Shown here: positions 19,399-28,212 of the stretch, piece by piece | Layout: each line of letters begins with the position of its first letter | Position numbering within the stretch: the stretch's first letter is position 1 | NCBI GenBank assembly: GCA_030452025.1 | Contig: JAKDNC010000001.1 | Location: forward strand, 1 to 41,077 | Source: Nocardioides sp. | Lineage (GTDB): Bacteria; Actinomycetota; Actinomycetes; Propionibacteriales; Nocardioidaceae | Direction of reading: 5' to 3' | DNA length: 41,077 nt | Position numbers and translations under genes: made by a program | Notes under the pieces: model-generated | Seen by the model: the letters and a program-made list of their open reading frames with translations, nothing else | What the model was told of the DNA's origin: nothing | Database searches by the model: none

Positions 19399-20264
19399 GC
19401 TGCCCTCCCGAAGAGGCCGCGCGGACGCACCAGCAGGACGAGCACCATCAGCCCGAAGAGCAGATAGGGCGCTACGGCCGGGACGTACGCCGCCCCGAGG
19501 TTCTGCAGGAGCCCGATGATGACGGCACCGAGGGCTGCGCCCTTGATGGAGCCCAACCCGCCGACCACGATCACGATCAGCGCCAGGGTCAGCACTTCGT
19601 TGTCCAGGCCCGGTCGCAGGTTCAGCAACGGGGCGCCCAGCACTCCGGCGATCGCGGCCAGCGCCGCACCCGCGACGAGGACCCCGATCTTGATCTTCTC
19701 GACGTCGTATCCGCTGACGGCCAGCATCTGCGGATCATCGATCGCGGCCCGGGTCAGGCTGCCGAGCTTGGTCCGCTCGAAGACGTAGTAGGCAAGGCCA
19801 CCGAGCACGATCGAAGCGCCGATCACGACCAGGCGGTACGTCGGGAACTGGGACCCGGCGATCTCGACCGACCCGTTCAACGCGTCCGGAATCGCCAACG
19901 TGTTGAACCCTCGGCCTTGGGCATGCAGCACCAGCTCACTGATGATCATGGCCAGCCCGAGGGTGAGCAACGCCTGGTCGAGGTGGCCCTTGTTGGCGAT
20001 CGGCTTGAGGGAGAAGTGCAGTCCCACGCCCATGAGCGAGCCCGCCGCGATCGCGACGAGCAGCGCACCGATCAGTGCCAGCATGCTGGGCGTGCCATCG
20101 CCCACCACCCAGACGTACCCAGCGCCCATGTACAGCGCCCCATGCGCCAGGTTCAGCACGTCGACGAGGCCGAAGATCACCGTCAGCCCGACTGCCAGCA
20201 GGAAGAGCAGTCCGGCGACGGCGAGTCCGTCGAGCAGGTTGACGAGGAAGCCCTGGAAGTCCAT
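19395..20264 (-). CDS. HAAT ABC transporter permease (LivH-like)
   Basis: GLTVIFGLVDVLNLAHG, VVGGLGSIKGA, RPRGLFG. Confidence 0.92.
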   Translation of the reverse strand: MDFQGFLVNLLDGLAVAGLLFLLAVGLTVIFGLVDVLNLAHGALYMGAGYVWVVGDGTPSMLALIGALLVAIAAGSLMGVGLHFSLKPIANKGHLDQALLTLGLAMIISELVLHAQGRGFNTLAIPDALNGSVEIAGSQFPTYRLVVIGASIVLGGLAYYVFERTKLGSLTRAAIDDPQMLAVSGYDVEKIKIGVLVAGAALAAIAGVLGAPLLNLRPGLDNEVLTLALIVIVVGGLGSIKGAALGAVIIGLLQNLGAAYVPAVAPYLLFGLMVLVLLVRPRGLFGRAA

Positions 20265-20267
20265 GCG

Positions 20268-21464
20268 TTAGTTGTCCTGGGGCTCGATGGTCTCGATGAC
20301 CTTGTTGCTGTAGCCGGCCCCGGCCTTCACGAGCTTGCGCACGTAGTAGCTCTGGACGGGGTTGTGGGTCTCCGGATCCACGGTGAACTCACCGCGAGGG
20401 CTGTCGATGGCGCCGACTGAGCTGAACGCATCAGTGAGTGACTGGGCGGTGACGTCCCCGTCGGCCTCCTCGGCACCCGCGTCGATGAAGGCGAACGAGT
20501 CGTAGGTCGTGACCGCGATGATCGACGGCGTTGCGTCATAGGCGTCGCTCCACGCCGCGGTGAACTTCTTGTTCGCCTCGTTCTCGAGCGCCGGAGAGTA
20601 GAGACCAACGGTGGTGATCCCGACGGCGCTGTCGCCGACAGCGCCGAGGATGTCCTCATCGGTCAGGTTCTGCGCACCGATGAGCGGCATCTTCTTGTCG
20701 TAGCCGAATTCCTTCCAGTTCTTGTCGAACGTGATCGCCTCGCCACCGGCGAAGAACGCGTAGACGAAGCTCGCGTCGTCGGGAATCTGGCCGAGGAACG
20801 GCTGGTAGTTCTGCGTCTTTCCGAACGGGGTCAGGATCTCCTTGGCGAGATCTCCGCCTCCGTTGTCCTGGTAGCCGTCGATGAAGCCGTCGCGCGTCTC
20901 CGTCCCGGCGGAGTAGTCGGCGCCGATGAAGACCCCGTTCTCGGTGTCGATCTCCGTGGCCGCGTAGACCCCTGCTGCATACCCGTGGTCGTAGTTGGAC
21001 TGGGAGACCCGCCACACGTAGTCCGAGACTCCCTCACCGGTGACCTCATTGGCTCCCGCGTTGGCGATCACGAGCGGGACCTCGTTCGCCTCCGCCTCCT
21101 GAGCCACGGTCACTGCCTCGGGCGAGGACACGATGCCCGTGATCACATCGACGTTGTCGCGCAGGATCATCTCCTTGGCCTTGGACTTGGCGGTCTCCGG
21201 GTTGCCCGCCGAGTCGGCCACGACCAGTTTCACTTCCTGGCCATCGATCTCGTCGTCGTGCTTCTTGATGTAGAGGTCCGCGGCCCGCTGCATCTCCTTG
21301 CCCAGGGGCGCGTAGGTCCCGGTCTTGGGGATCAGGAGGCCGATGGTCAAGACGTCGTCACTCTCGGAGTCACCGCCTCCACCCAAAGCGCCCCCGCAGG
21401 CGGAAAGAGAGACCAGGGCCGCAGAGGTCAGGGCTGCCAAGGTCGCCTTGCGTGAGAGATTCAT
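20268..21464 (-). CDS. HAAT ABC substrate-binding lipoprotein (possibly binds aromatic acids)
   Basis: Lipobox LSAC after a signal peptide starting at ATG 21464; IGLLIPKTGTYAPLG, ITGIVSS, DSPRG. Confidence 0.9.
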   Translation of the reverse strand: MNLSRKATLAALTSAALVSLSACGGALGGGGDSESDDVLTIGLLIPKTGTYAPLGKEMQRAADLYIKKHDDEIDGQEVKLVVADSAGNPETAKSKAKEMILRDNVDVITGIVSSPEAVTVAQEAEANEVPLVIANAGANEVTGEGVSDYVWRVSQSNYDHGYAAGVYAATEIDTENGVFIGADYSAGTETRDGFIDGYQDNGGGDLAKEILTPFGKTQNYQPFLGQIPDDASFVYAFFAGGEAITFDKNWKEFGYDKKMPLIGAQNLTDEDILGAVGDSAVGITTVGLYSPALENEANKKFTAAWSDAYDATPSIIAVTTYDSFAFIDAGAEEADGDVTAQSLTDAFSSVGAIDSPRGEFTVDPETHNPVQSYYVRKLVKAGAGYSNKVIETIEPQDN

Positions 21465-21607
21465 GGTGTGACTCCATTCGTCGACCATCAACACAGGAAC
21501 ACTGGTTGAGGTGGGTCGGATGACCCTGGTTGCATGCAATCGTTGTCGGTAAAGACATGCTCGGCTAATGCTCTTTCGGGTGCAGGCCATGCCTGAACTG
21601 GTATATG

Positions 21608-22591
21608 TCAGTCTTCGGGAGCGCCCAGCCATCGCTGCGCGTTGCCGGTCAGGATCGCGTGCCGCTCCGCATCGGAGAGGAAGCCCGCCTGGTGCACGAC
21701 ATTGCCGGCCGGCCGCTCCCCCAACGGGTAGGGGAAGTCACTGCCGACCATGACCTGCTTGGGGCCCAGGACGTCGACCAGGGTCCGCAACGCGGCCGGG
21801 TCGAAGACCACGGAGTCGACGGAGAATCGGTCGACGTAGTGCGACGGCGGATGCTGCGACGTCCCGATGATGTCGTTGCGCTGGTGCCACGCGTTCTCGA
21901 AGCGACCCAGCCAGAACCCGAACGATCCACCGCCGTGGGCGAAGCAGATCCGCAGCGACTCGGGCAACCGGTCGAACGCACCGCCGAGGATCATCGCGAT
22001 GATCGACAGGTGCGTCTCCGATGGCATCCCGGCAAGCCAGCGTGCCATCCAACGGTTCAGCCGGGGCGACTCCGCCATGTCCCACGGGTGCACGAAGACC
22101 GGCACGTTCATCGACGCAGCATGCTGCAGGAACGTCACCACACCCTTGTCGTCGAGGTCCCGGTCACCGACATGGTTGCCGATCTCCACCCCACGATGAC
22201 CGGCTGCCACCGCGCGCTCCAGCTCCCGGCACGCTGCGTCGGTGTCCTGCAACGGCACCTGGGCGAACGGGACCAGCCGGTCGCCGCCCGGCGCACACAC
22301 TTCCAGGGCCAGGTCGTTGAAGATCCGCGCAACCTTCTCCGCCTCGCCCGCGGGGGCGTCGTAGGAGAAGAAGACCGGAGTCGGCGAAACGACCTGGACG
22401 GTGACGCCGTCGGCGTCCATCTCGCCCAGGCGCACCTCGGCGTCCCAGCAGTTCGACTGGATCCGCCGGAACTCGCTCGAGCCGACCATGATCATCGCCT
22501 CCCGCTCGGAGAGCGTCCGCAGCCACGGTTTGCCCTCACCGAGATCGGGCCACCCGTTGGGCACGTAGTGGGAGTGGATGTCGATGGTCAC
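21608..22591 (-). CDS. nbaD: 2-amino-3-carboxymuconate-6-semialdehyde decarboxylase (ACMSD, amidohydrolase)
   Basis: IDIHSH, VFVHPWDM, ICFAHGGGSF, VMVGSDFPYPLGE; directly downstream of the 3-hydroxyanthranilate dioxygenase. Confidence 0.9.
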   Translation of the reverse strand: MTIDIHSHYVPNGWPDLGEGKPWLRTLSEREAMIMVGSSEFRRIQSNCWDAEVRLGEMDADGVTVQVVSPTPVFFSYDAPAGEAEKVARIFNDLALEVCAPGGDRLVPFAQVPLQDTDAACRELERAVAAGHRGVEIGNHVGDRDLDDKGVVTFLQHAASMNVPVFVHPWDMAESPRLNRWMARWLAGMPSETHLSIIAMILGGAFDRLPESLRICFAHGGGSFGFWLGRFENAWHQRNDIIGTSQHPPSHYVDRFSVDSVVFDPAALRTLVDVLGPKQVMVGSDFPYPLGERPAGNVVHQAGFLSDAERHAILTGNAQRWLGAPED

Positions 22592-22595
22592 CTGT

Positions 22596-23120
22596 TCAGC
22601 CCTTCCCGGGGTGGACGGTGCCGCAGTTGTCGCAGGTGCGAGCTTCCTCGGACTCGTAGAAGAGCTCGAAGACCGGGGGCAGGTCCGCGACGATGTCGCG
22701 CACCTGGAGCTCCACCTCGTGCACCTTCGCGTTGCACTCGAGGCAGAACCAGCAGAATTTCTCCAGCGTGCCCTCCTCGCGGATCCGCTCGATGACGATG
22801 CCGATCGAGCCCTCCTCAGGGCGCTGCGGCGAGTGGTGGATGTTGCCGGGCAGCATCCACATGTCGCCCTCGCGGATGTCCACGCGGTGAGGACCGTCCT
22901 CGGTCATCAGGTTGACGTGCATGTTGCCTTTGTACTGGTAGAACCACTCTTCGTAGGGCTCGAAGTGGAAGTCGGTGCGCTGGTTCGGACCGCCGACGAC
23001 CTGGACGATGAAGTCACCCACCGGCTGCCACATCTGCTTGTTGTTGACCGGCGGCTTGAGCTGGTCCTCGTTGTCCTTGATCCACTGCTCGAAGTTGAAG
23101 ACGGGCGGGATGGCAGTCAT
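22596..23120 (-). CDS. nbaC: 3-hydroxyanthranilate 3,4-dioxygenase
   Basis: [30 protein letters not shown] and rubredoxin-like CxxC pairs. Confidence 0.96.
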   Translation of the reverse strand: MTAIPPVFNFEQWIKDNEDQLKPPVNNKQMWQPVGDFIVQVVGGPNQRTDFHFEPYEEWFYQYKGNMHVNLMTEDGPHRVDIREGDMWMLPGNIHHSPQRPEEGSIGIVIERIREEGTLEKFCWFCLECNAKVHEVELQVRDIVADLPPVFELFYESEEARTCDNCGTVHPGKG

Positions 23121-23560
23121 CGCTGGTTCTCCTTGCTGGTGGGCTGCTGGGCGGGCAGGCAGGCAACTGCCTGGATCTCGATGAGCAGGTGGGGATGAGG
23201 AAGCTGGTGGACGGCGACGGTGGTTCGGGTGGGGCCGTTCTCGTCGAAGAACCGGCCATAGACCTCGTTGTAGCCGCCGAAGTCGTTCATGTTGACCAGA
23301 TAGGTGGTCACCTGGACCAGGTCCTCCAGCCCGGCCCCGACGGCGCCGAGGATGTCGCGGATATTCTCGATCACCGCGGTGGTCTGGGCGCCGATGTCGA
23401 GGTCGGTCACCCCCATCGCGTCGACCTCGACGCCGGCGAAAGTGTTGTCCGGTCGGCGGCTGCTGGTGCCGGAGACGAAGATCAGGTCGCCGACGACCTT
23501 CACGTGCGGGAAGCGCCCCCGCGGGGTCGCCTTGCCCTCGACCACTCTCGCGTCACTCAT
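23117..23560 (-). CDS. nbaF: 2-aminomuconate deaminase (RidA/YjgF family)
   Basis: [40 protein letters not shown]. Confidence 0.88.
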   Translation of the reverse strand: MSDARVVEGKATPRGRFPHVKVVGDLIFVSGTSSRRPDNTFAGVEVDAMGVTDLDIGAQTTAVIENIRDILGAVGAGLEDLVQVTTYLVNMNDFGGYNEVYGRFFDENGPTRTTVAVHQLPHPHLLIEIQAVACLPAQQPTSKENQR

Positions 23561-24387
23561 GCGGCGCCTCCCCCGGTGCGCAGCGACACCCGACCGAGAC
23601 CGGCCAGGTCGGCGGTCACGGTGACCCCGGCCTCGAGGGGGACGGCGGCCGTGGCGGCGCCCGCGAGGATCACCGAGCCGGCGGGAAGCTCCAGCCCGTG
23701 CTCACGGGCCATTCGCTTGACCGCAGCAAGGGCGAGCAGCGGGTCGCCGAGGATGTCGGCGCTCGACCCACGCGCGGCCTCGGTGCCGTCGACCGAGAGG
23801 GCCACCTCGAGAGCGGCCAGGTCGAGCTCGTCGAGGGTCTGGGCCAGCGGGCGCCAGAGACCGATCACATAGGCGGCCGCAGAAGTGTTGTCGGCGACCA
23901 CGTCCGCCAGGCTGAACTTGAAATTCTCGTACCTGCTGTCGATGATCTCCATCGCCGGCGCAACCTCGACGGCAGCAGCCACGATGTCCGCATCGCTGTC
24001 CGGGTCGGCGTGCGGGTCGACTGCCGCACCGAGACGGAAGGCCACCTCGGGCTCGATCCGTGGGTGGATCATCGTGTCCACGTCGAGGGTGCCTTCGTCG
24101 GCCACCTCCATGCTCTGGTGGAGCACACCGACGATCACGTCGGCAACGCCCATCTGCTCGGCCTTCGCCTTGCTGGTGAAGCCGAGCTTCACGCCGACCA
24201 CCTGGTCGCCGCGGGCCGCGCGCAGGCGCACCCCGGCCGACTGGACGGCGTACGCCTCGTCCTCGTCCAGGGGCGCGCGCAGCGAGAGCTGGGGCACGGC
24301 GGTGGCGGCGCGGACCGCTTCGTCGAGGATGGCGGCGAGCTCATCGCTGTCGGGCACAGGATTCTCGGGCACAGGGATCTCGGGCAT
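23557..24387 (-). CDS. nbaG: 4-oxalocrotonate decarboxylase (FAH superfamily)
   Basis: [42 protein letters not shown]. Start at ATG 24387. Confidence 0.82.
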   Translation of the reverse strand: MPEIPVPENPVPDSDELAAILDEAVRAATAVPQLSLRAPLDEDEAYAVQSAGVRLRAARGDQVVGVKLGFTSKAKAEQMGVADVIVGVLHQSMEVADEGTLDVDTMIHPRIEPEVAFRLGAAVDPHADPDSDADIVAAAVEVAPAMEIIDSRYENFKFSLADVVADNTSAAAYVIGLWRPLAQTLDELDLAALEVALSVDGTEAARGSSADILGDPLLALAAVKRMAREHGLELPAGSVILAGAATAAVPLEAGVTVTADLAGLGRVSLRTGGGAA

Positions 24388-24395
24388 GGTCACTC

Positions 24396-25865
24396 CTAGA
24401 GCTGGACGCAGATGTTGGTGGGCTCGCTGTAGAAATGCAGCGAGTGCAGGCCGCCCTCGCGACCGATGCCGGACAGCCCGACGCCCCCGAACGGCGAGCG
24501 GAGGTCGCGCAGATACCACGTGTTGACCCAGGCCATGCCGACCCGCATGCTCCGCGCGACGCGGTGGCCGCGCTCGAGGTTGGTGGTCCAGACTGCCGCC
24601 GCCAGGCCGTATTCCGTGTCGTTGGCCAGGTCGATCGCCTCCTCCTCGGTGTCGAAGGGGATCAGCGCAGCGACGGGGCCGAAGACCTCCTCGCGGACCA
24701 CCCGGCAGCTGTTGTCCAGCCCGGCCCACAGGGTCGGCTCGATCCACGCACCATGGGCGAGCTCACCCTCCATCTGAGGGACACCGCCACCGACCAGCAC
24801 CTCCGCACCCTCCTCGACGGCGAGGTCGAGGTAGGACTGCACCTTCTCGCGGTGCTTGTCGGAGATCAGCGGTCCGGTGGTGGTGCCCGCGGCGTGGGGA
24901 TCGCCGAGCTTCAACTCCTTGGCCCTCTCGACGAGACCGTTGGCGAGCTCGTCAAAGATCGAGCGCTCGACGTACACCCGCTCGGTGCACAGGCAGACCT
25001 GACCGGTGTTGAGGAAGATCGAGCGGCTCAGGCCGTCGAGGGTTTTCTCCAGGTCGCAGTCGGCGAAGACGACCGCGGCGTTCTTGCCGCCGAGCTCGAA
25101 GGAGACGGGGCGTACGGCGGGAGCGACTGCCCGCATGATCGCCGAGCCGGTGCTCGACTCACCGGTGAAGGTGACGCCGTCGATGTCCTTGTGGGTGGTG
25201 AGGTGTTCACCAGCCGAGCCGGGGCCGAAGCCGTGGACCACGTTGTAGACGCCGTCGGGGACGCCGGCCTCCGCGATCACTTCGGCCAGCAGGGTCGCCG
25301 TCGACGGGGTCTCCTCAGAGGGCTTGACCACGACGGTGTTGCCGCATGCCAGTGCGGGAGCGACCTTCCAGGTCAGCAGGAGGAGAGGCAAGTTCCAGGG
25401 CACGATCACCGCGACCACGCCGAGCGGCTTGTTGACCGCATAGTTCAGCGCCTGTCGCCCGTCTGCGAGCTCGGTCATGAACGAGTCCAGACCCGCTGAG
25501 GCGATGGTGTCGGCGAAGGAGCGAAAGTTCGTCGCGGCTCGGGCCACGTCGAGCTCGCGGACCAGGTGGACCGGCTTGCCGGTGTCACGGATCTCGGCCT
25601 CCACGAACTCCTCCGCGCGCGCCTCGATCCGGTCGGCGACCCGGCGCAACAGGTTGGCTCGTTCACCGACAGGGGAGGATCCCCAGGTCTTGAGGGAGTG
25701 TCGCGCCGCGGCGACCGCGGCGTCGACGATCTCCGCGTCGGCCTCGTGGACCTGGGCAACCACGGCGCCGTCGGCGGGATTCACCTTGGGGAAGGTGGAC
25801 CGGCCTGCGACGTGGCGGCCGGCCACGACGTTGAAGACCTCAGGAAGCAGGTTGGATGTGGTCAT
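24396..25865 (-). CDS. nbaE: 2-aminomuconate/2-hydroxymuconate semialdehyde dehydrogenase
   Basis: PWNLPLLLLTWKVAPALACGN, FTGES, FELGGKN, NTGQVCLCTER, EEVFGP, WYLRDLRSPFGG. Start at ATG 25865. Confidence 0.9.
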   Translation of the reverse strand: MTTSNLLPEVFNVVAGRHVAGRSTFPKVNPADGAVVAQVHEADAEIVDAAVAAARHSLKTWGSSPVGERANLLRRVADRIEARAEEFVEAEIRDTGKPVHLVRELDVARAATNFRSFADTIASAGLDSFMTELADGRQALNYAVNKPLGVVAVIVPWNLPLLLLTWKVAPALACGNTVVVKPSEETPSTATLLAEVIAEAGVPDGVYNVVHGFGPGSAGEHLTTHKDIDGVTFTGESSTGSAIMRAVAPAVRPVSFELGGKNAAVVFADCDLEKTLDGLSRSIFLNTGQVCLCTERVYVERSIFDELANGLVERAKELKLGDPHAAGTTTGPLISDKHREKVQSYLDLAVEEGAEVLVGGGVPQMEGELAHGAWIEPTLWAGLDNSCRVVREEVFGPVAALIPFDTEEEAIDLANDTEYGLAAAVWTTNLERGHRVARSMRVGMAWVNTWYLRDLRSPFGGVGLSGIGREGGLHSLHFYSEPTNICVQL

Positions 25866-25898
25866 GTCTGTGAGCGTAGGAGTCGGAGACATACCCCA

Positions 25899-25988
25899 CC
25901 AATGCCCTTTCCGGCGCACATCATGCTCTACAGACATATCGGCGTGGAAACGTCGAGAGAGCATGGCGGCACCGCGAATGGGCATTGG
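25899..25988. promoter_or_regulatory. Extended imperfect inverted repeat in the divergent nbaE/hydrolase promoter, containing a LysR-type T-N11-A box (25923-25937)
   Basis: CCAATGCCC/GGGCATTGG outer arms and CATGCTCT/AGAGCATG inner arms; ATGCTCTACAGACAT dyad. Confidence 0.45.
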
Positions 25989-26067
25989 CCCGCGCACGGA
26001 GCGACCCGCATGATGTTCGCATGCGTCATGAGCACCCCGCCCCTGTTCGCCGAGAGCGGCAGCTGCG

Positions 26068-26928
26068 ATGAGCCCCTCCCGCGACGAGACGGACACGGCG
26101 TACGGCGCCCGGGCCACCGTCTCTGATGCAGAGTTCGACTCGACGATCGAGCGCTATCGGACCACCTCGGACGAGGCGATCGCAACGATGAAGGGCGCAC
26201 GGGAGATCCGTTTCGACCCCGGGAGCGACGAGCGCCTCGACGTGTGGGGAGCCGGGGATCGGGACTTGCGACCCGTCGTGGTCGCGGTGCACGGAGGATA
26301 TTGGCGGATGCTCTCGCGGCATGACACGGCCTTCATGGCGCGGGCGCTCGATGCCGCCGGGACGGCCACCGTCCCGATCGACTACACCCTGGCCCCCGAG
26401 GCGAGCCTCGAGGAGATCGTGCGGCAGGTCCGCGCAGCCATCGCCTGGGTCCACCGCAACGGTGCGGAGCATGGCCTGGATCCTGACAGGATCCACGTGG
26501 TCGGCAGCTCGGCCGGCGCTCACCTAGCGGCAATGACCGCCCTTGCCGGCTGGCAGGAGGAGCTCGGGTTGCCGCCGGACGTCGTCAAGGGTGCTCTGAC
26601 GATCAGCGGCCTCTTCGACCTGCGACCCTTGGTCGATTCCTTCGCCAACGAGTGGCTCGGGCTCGATCAGGAGCGCGCCGCCGCACTCAGCCCGGCGTTG
26701 GCGCCTGTCGGCCCGGCCCGGATGTCGGTGGCCCTCGCAGCGGATGAGGCCAGCGGGTTCCGCGAGCAGAGTCGTGACTTCCACAGACGGTGGCAAGCCC
26801 ACGGCGCAACCTACGACGTCGTCCCGGGTCGGAATCACTTCGACGTCTTCCTCGATCTGGCGGATCCGGACTCCACTCTCTTCCATCGCCTGCTTCAGTT
26901 TGTCGATGTCTCCCGACCTGGACGCTGA
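26068..26928 (+). CDS. Alpha/beta hydrolase, arylformamidase (kynurenine formamidase)-like
   Basis: HGGYWR, DYTLAP, nucleophile elbow GSSAGAHL, SGLFDLRPL, RNHFD. Confidence 0.8.
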   Translation: MSPSRDETDTAYGARATVSDAEFDSTIERYRTTSDEAIATMKGAREIRFDPGSDERLDVWGAGDRDLRPVVVAVHGGYWRMLSRHDTAFMARALDAAGTATVPIDYTLAPEASLEEIVRQVRAAIAWVHRNGAEHGLDPDRIHVVGSSAGAHLAAMTALAGWQEELGLPPDVVKGALTISGLFDLRPLVDSFANEWLGLDQERAAALSPALAPVGPARMSVALAADEASGFREQSRDFHRRWQAHGATYDVVPGRNHFDVFLDLADPDSTLFHRLLQFVDVSRPGR

Positions 26929-26962
26929 CCTGCGGGGCGAAGGTCCAAGTAGAGTCCCGCGG

Positions 26963-27901
26963 ATGGACACTCCCCGACTGCTGGACGGCCGACTCAAACT
27001 CCGGCACCTGCTGCTCGTGGACGCATTGAGCGAGCAGGGAAGCGTCGTCGGGGCGGCCGCGGCCATGCACATCACCCAACCGGTCGTGACCCGCGGACTG
27101 CACGACCTGGAGGCGATCCTCGGCGTCCAGCTCTATTCACGCGGACCGCGCGGAGTCACACCCACCGAGTTCGGGGTCGCGTTCACCAAGCACGCCCGGG
27201 CCGTGCTGGCCCAGCTGACCCAGGCGGCACGTCACGTCGAGGAGCTCGCCGACGCCACACGGGGGCAGGTGGTGGTGGGAACCCACCTCGCCGGGTCCAA
27301 CCTGTTGCTACCGCGGGCGATCGGCCACCTGAAGGCCAACCATCCGTTGCTCAGCGTGATCGTCCGGGAGGGGGCACCGGAGACGTTGCTGGTCGAGCTG
27401 ACCGCAGGACGGGTCGACCTGATCGTCGGCCGGCTGACCGGCCCCGGGACCGAGGACGTCCGACGTCACACGCTCTATCAGGAGTCCATCCGGCTGGTCA
27501 CCGGCACCGCACATCCCCTGGCCGACCGCGACCGGGTCACCCTCGATGAGCTCGGGGAGTATCCCTGGATCCTGCCCGGCGTCGAGACCAAACTGCGCCG
27601 GGAACTCGAGGAGTTCTTCGCCCGCAACGGGTTCGACCTGCCACCCAACCGCGTCGAGGCGACGTCGTTCCTCACCGTCCGGCAGCTGCTGATCGAGACC
27701 ACGATGGTGGCCGCACTGCCAGGCCTGATCGGTGCCGATGATCCACGGCTTGCGACCTTGCCATTCGACCTGGAGAAGGTCGGCCACGCGGTCGGGATGA
27801 CCCTGGCCGCGGAGCGATCACTCAGCCCGGCTGCCCGGGCGCTGATCGACTCACTGCAGACGATCGGTGCGGGGATCCGGGCGGAGTACGACGAGGGCTG
27901 A
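26963..27901 (+). CDS. LysR-family regulator of the nba cluster (NbaR/GalR-like)
   Basis: LKLRHLLLV..GSVVGAAAAMHITQPVVTRGL HTH; VDLIVGRL. Start 26963 (alternative 26906). Confidence 0.9.
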   Translation: MDTPRLLDGRLKLRHLLLVDALSEQGSVVGAAAAMHITQPVVTRGLHDLEAILGVQLYSRGPRGVTPTEFGVAFTKHARAVLAQLTQAARHVEELADATRGQVVVGTHLAGSNLLLPRAIGHLKANHPLLSVIVREGAPETLLVELTAGRVDLIVGRLTGPGTEDVRRHTLYQESIRLVTGTAHPLADRDRVTLDELGEYPWILPGVETKLRRELEEFFARNGFDLPPNRVEATSFLTVRQLLIETTMVAALPGLIGADDPRLATLPFDLEKVGHAVGMTLAAERSLSPAARALIDSLQTIGAGIRAEYDEG

Positions 27902-28042
27902 TCGGGCTCGCCTGATGCCCTTCTGGGTGACCAGGTGGACGGGGTGACCCACGCGAGGCTTCGCAGCGGCGTGGCTTGTGGCCGTCGTCCCTGGACGGGG
28001 GCAGGTGCGGCTCGTCTTCTCCACATCTTCGTCCTTTGGGTG

Positions 28043-28071
28043 TTGCGCCCATTTTCGAACAGACATACGAT
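28043..28071 (+). promoter_or_regulatory. Sigma-A-type promoter TTGCGC-N17-TACGAT overlapped by a LexA (SOS) box TCGAACAGACATACGA (28055-28070)
   Basis: -35/-10 spacing of 17 bp; two mismatches to the actinobacterial consensus TCGAAC-N4-GTTCGA. Confidence 0.65.
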
Positions 28072-28077
28072 GGACGT

Positions 28078-28212
28078 AGTCCTTCGGGTGAGATACATGA
28101 ATCGTCGTGCGAAGCCCGAGGGGTCAGACGCATCCCGGTTACGTAATAGCCCCCGGAGGGCCTCCGGCGTCGCAGTGTCCAAATTCCTGCGATCACCCCT
28201 GCGGAGGCCCCG
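28078..28212 (+). ncRNA. Putative structured 5' leader RNA of the DUF222/HNH gene (copy 1)
   Basis: Stems 28081-88/28115-22, 28096-100/28105-09, 28158-66/28202-10 (covers GGAGG) and 28170-75/28187-92. Confidence 0.45.
28126..28137 (+). repeat. 12-bp direct repeat AGACGCATCCCG, left unit (partner 29501-29512)
   Basis: Exact match on both sides of the ORF; also at 39620-39631 and 40995-41006. Confidence 0.7.

Noticed and set aside
21530-21539. Perfect palindrome TTGCATGCAA upstream of the ABC binding-protein gene
   Set aside because: A single 10-bp palindrome with no second instance or assignable regulator.
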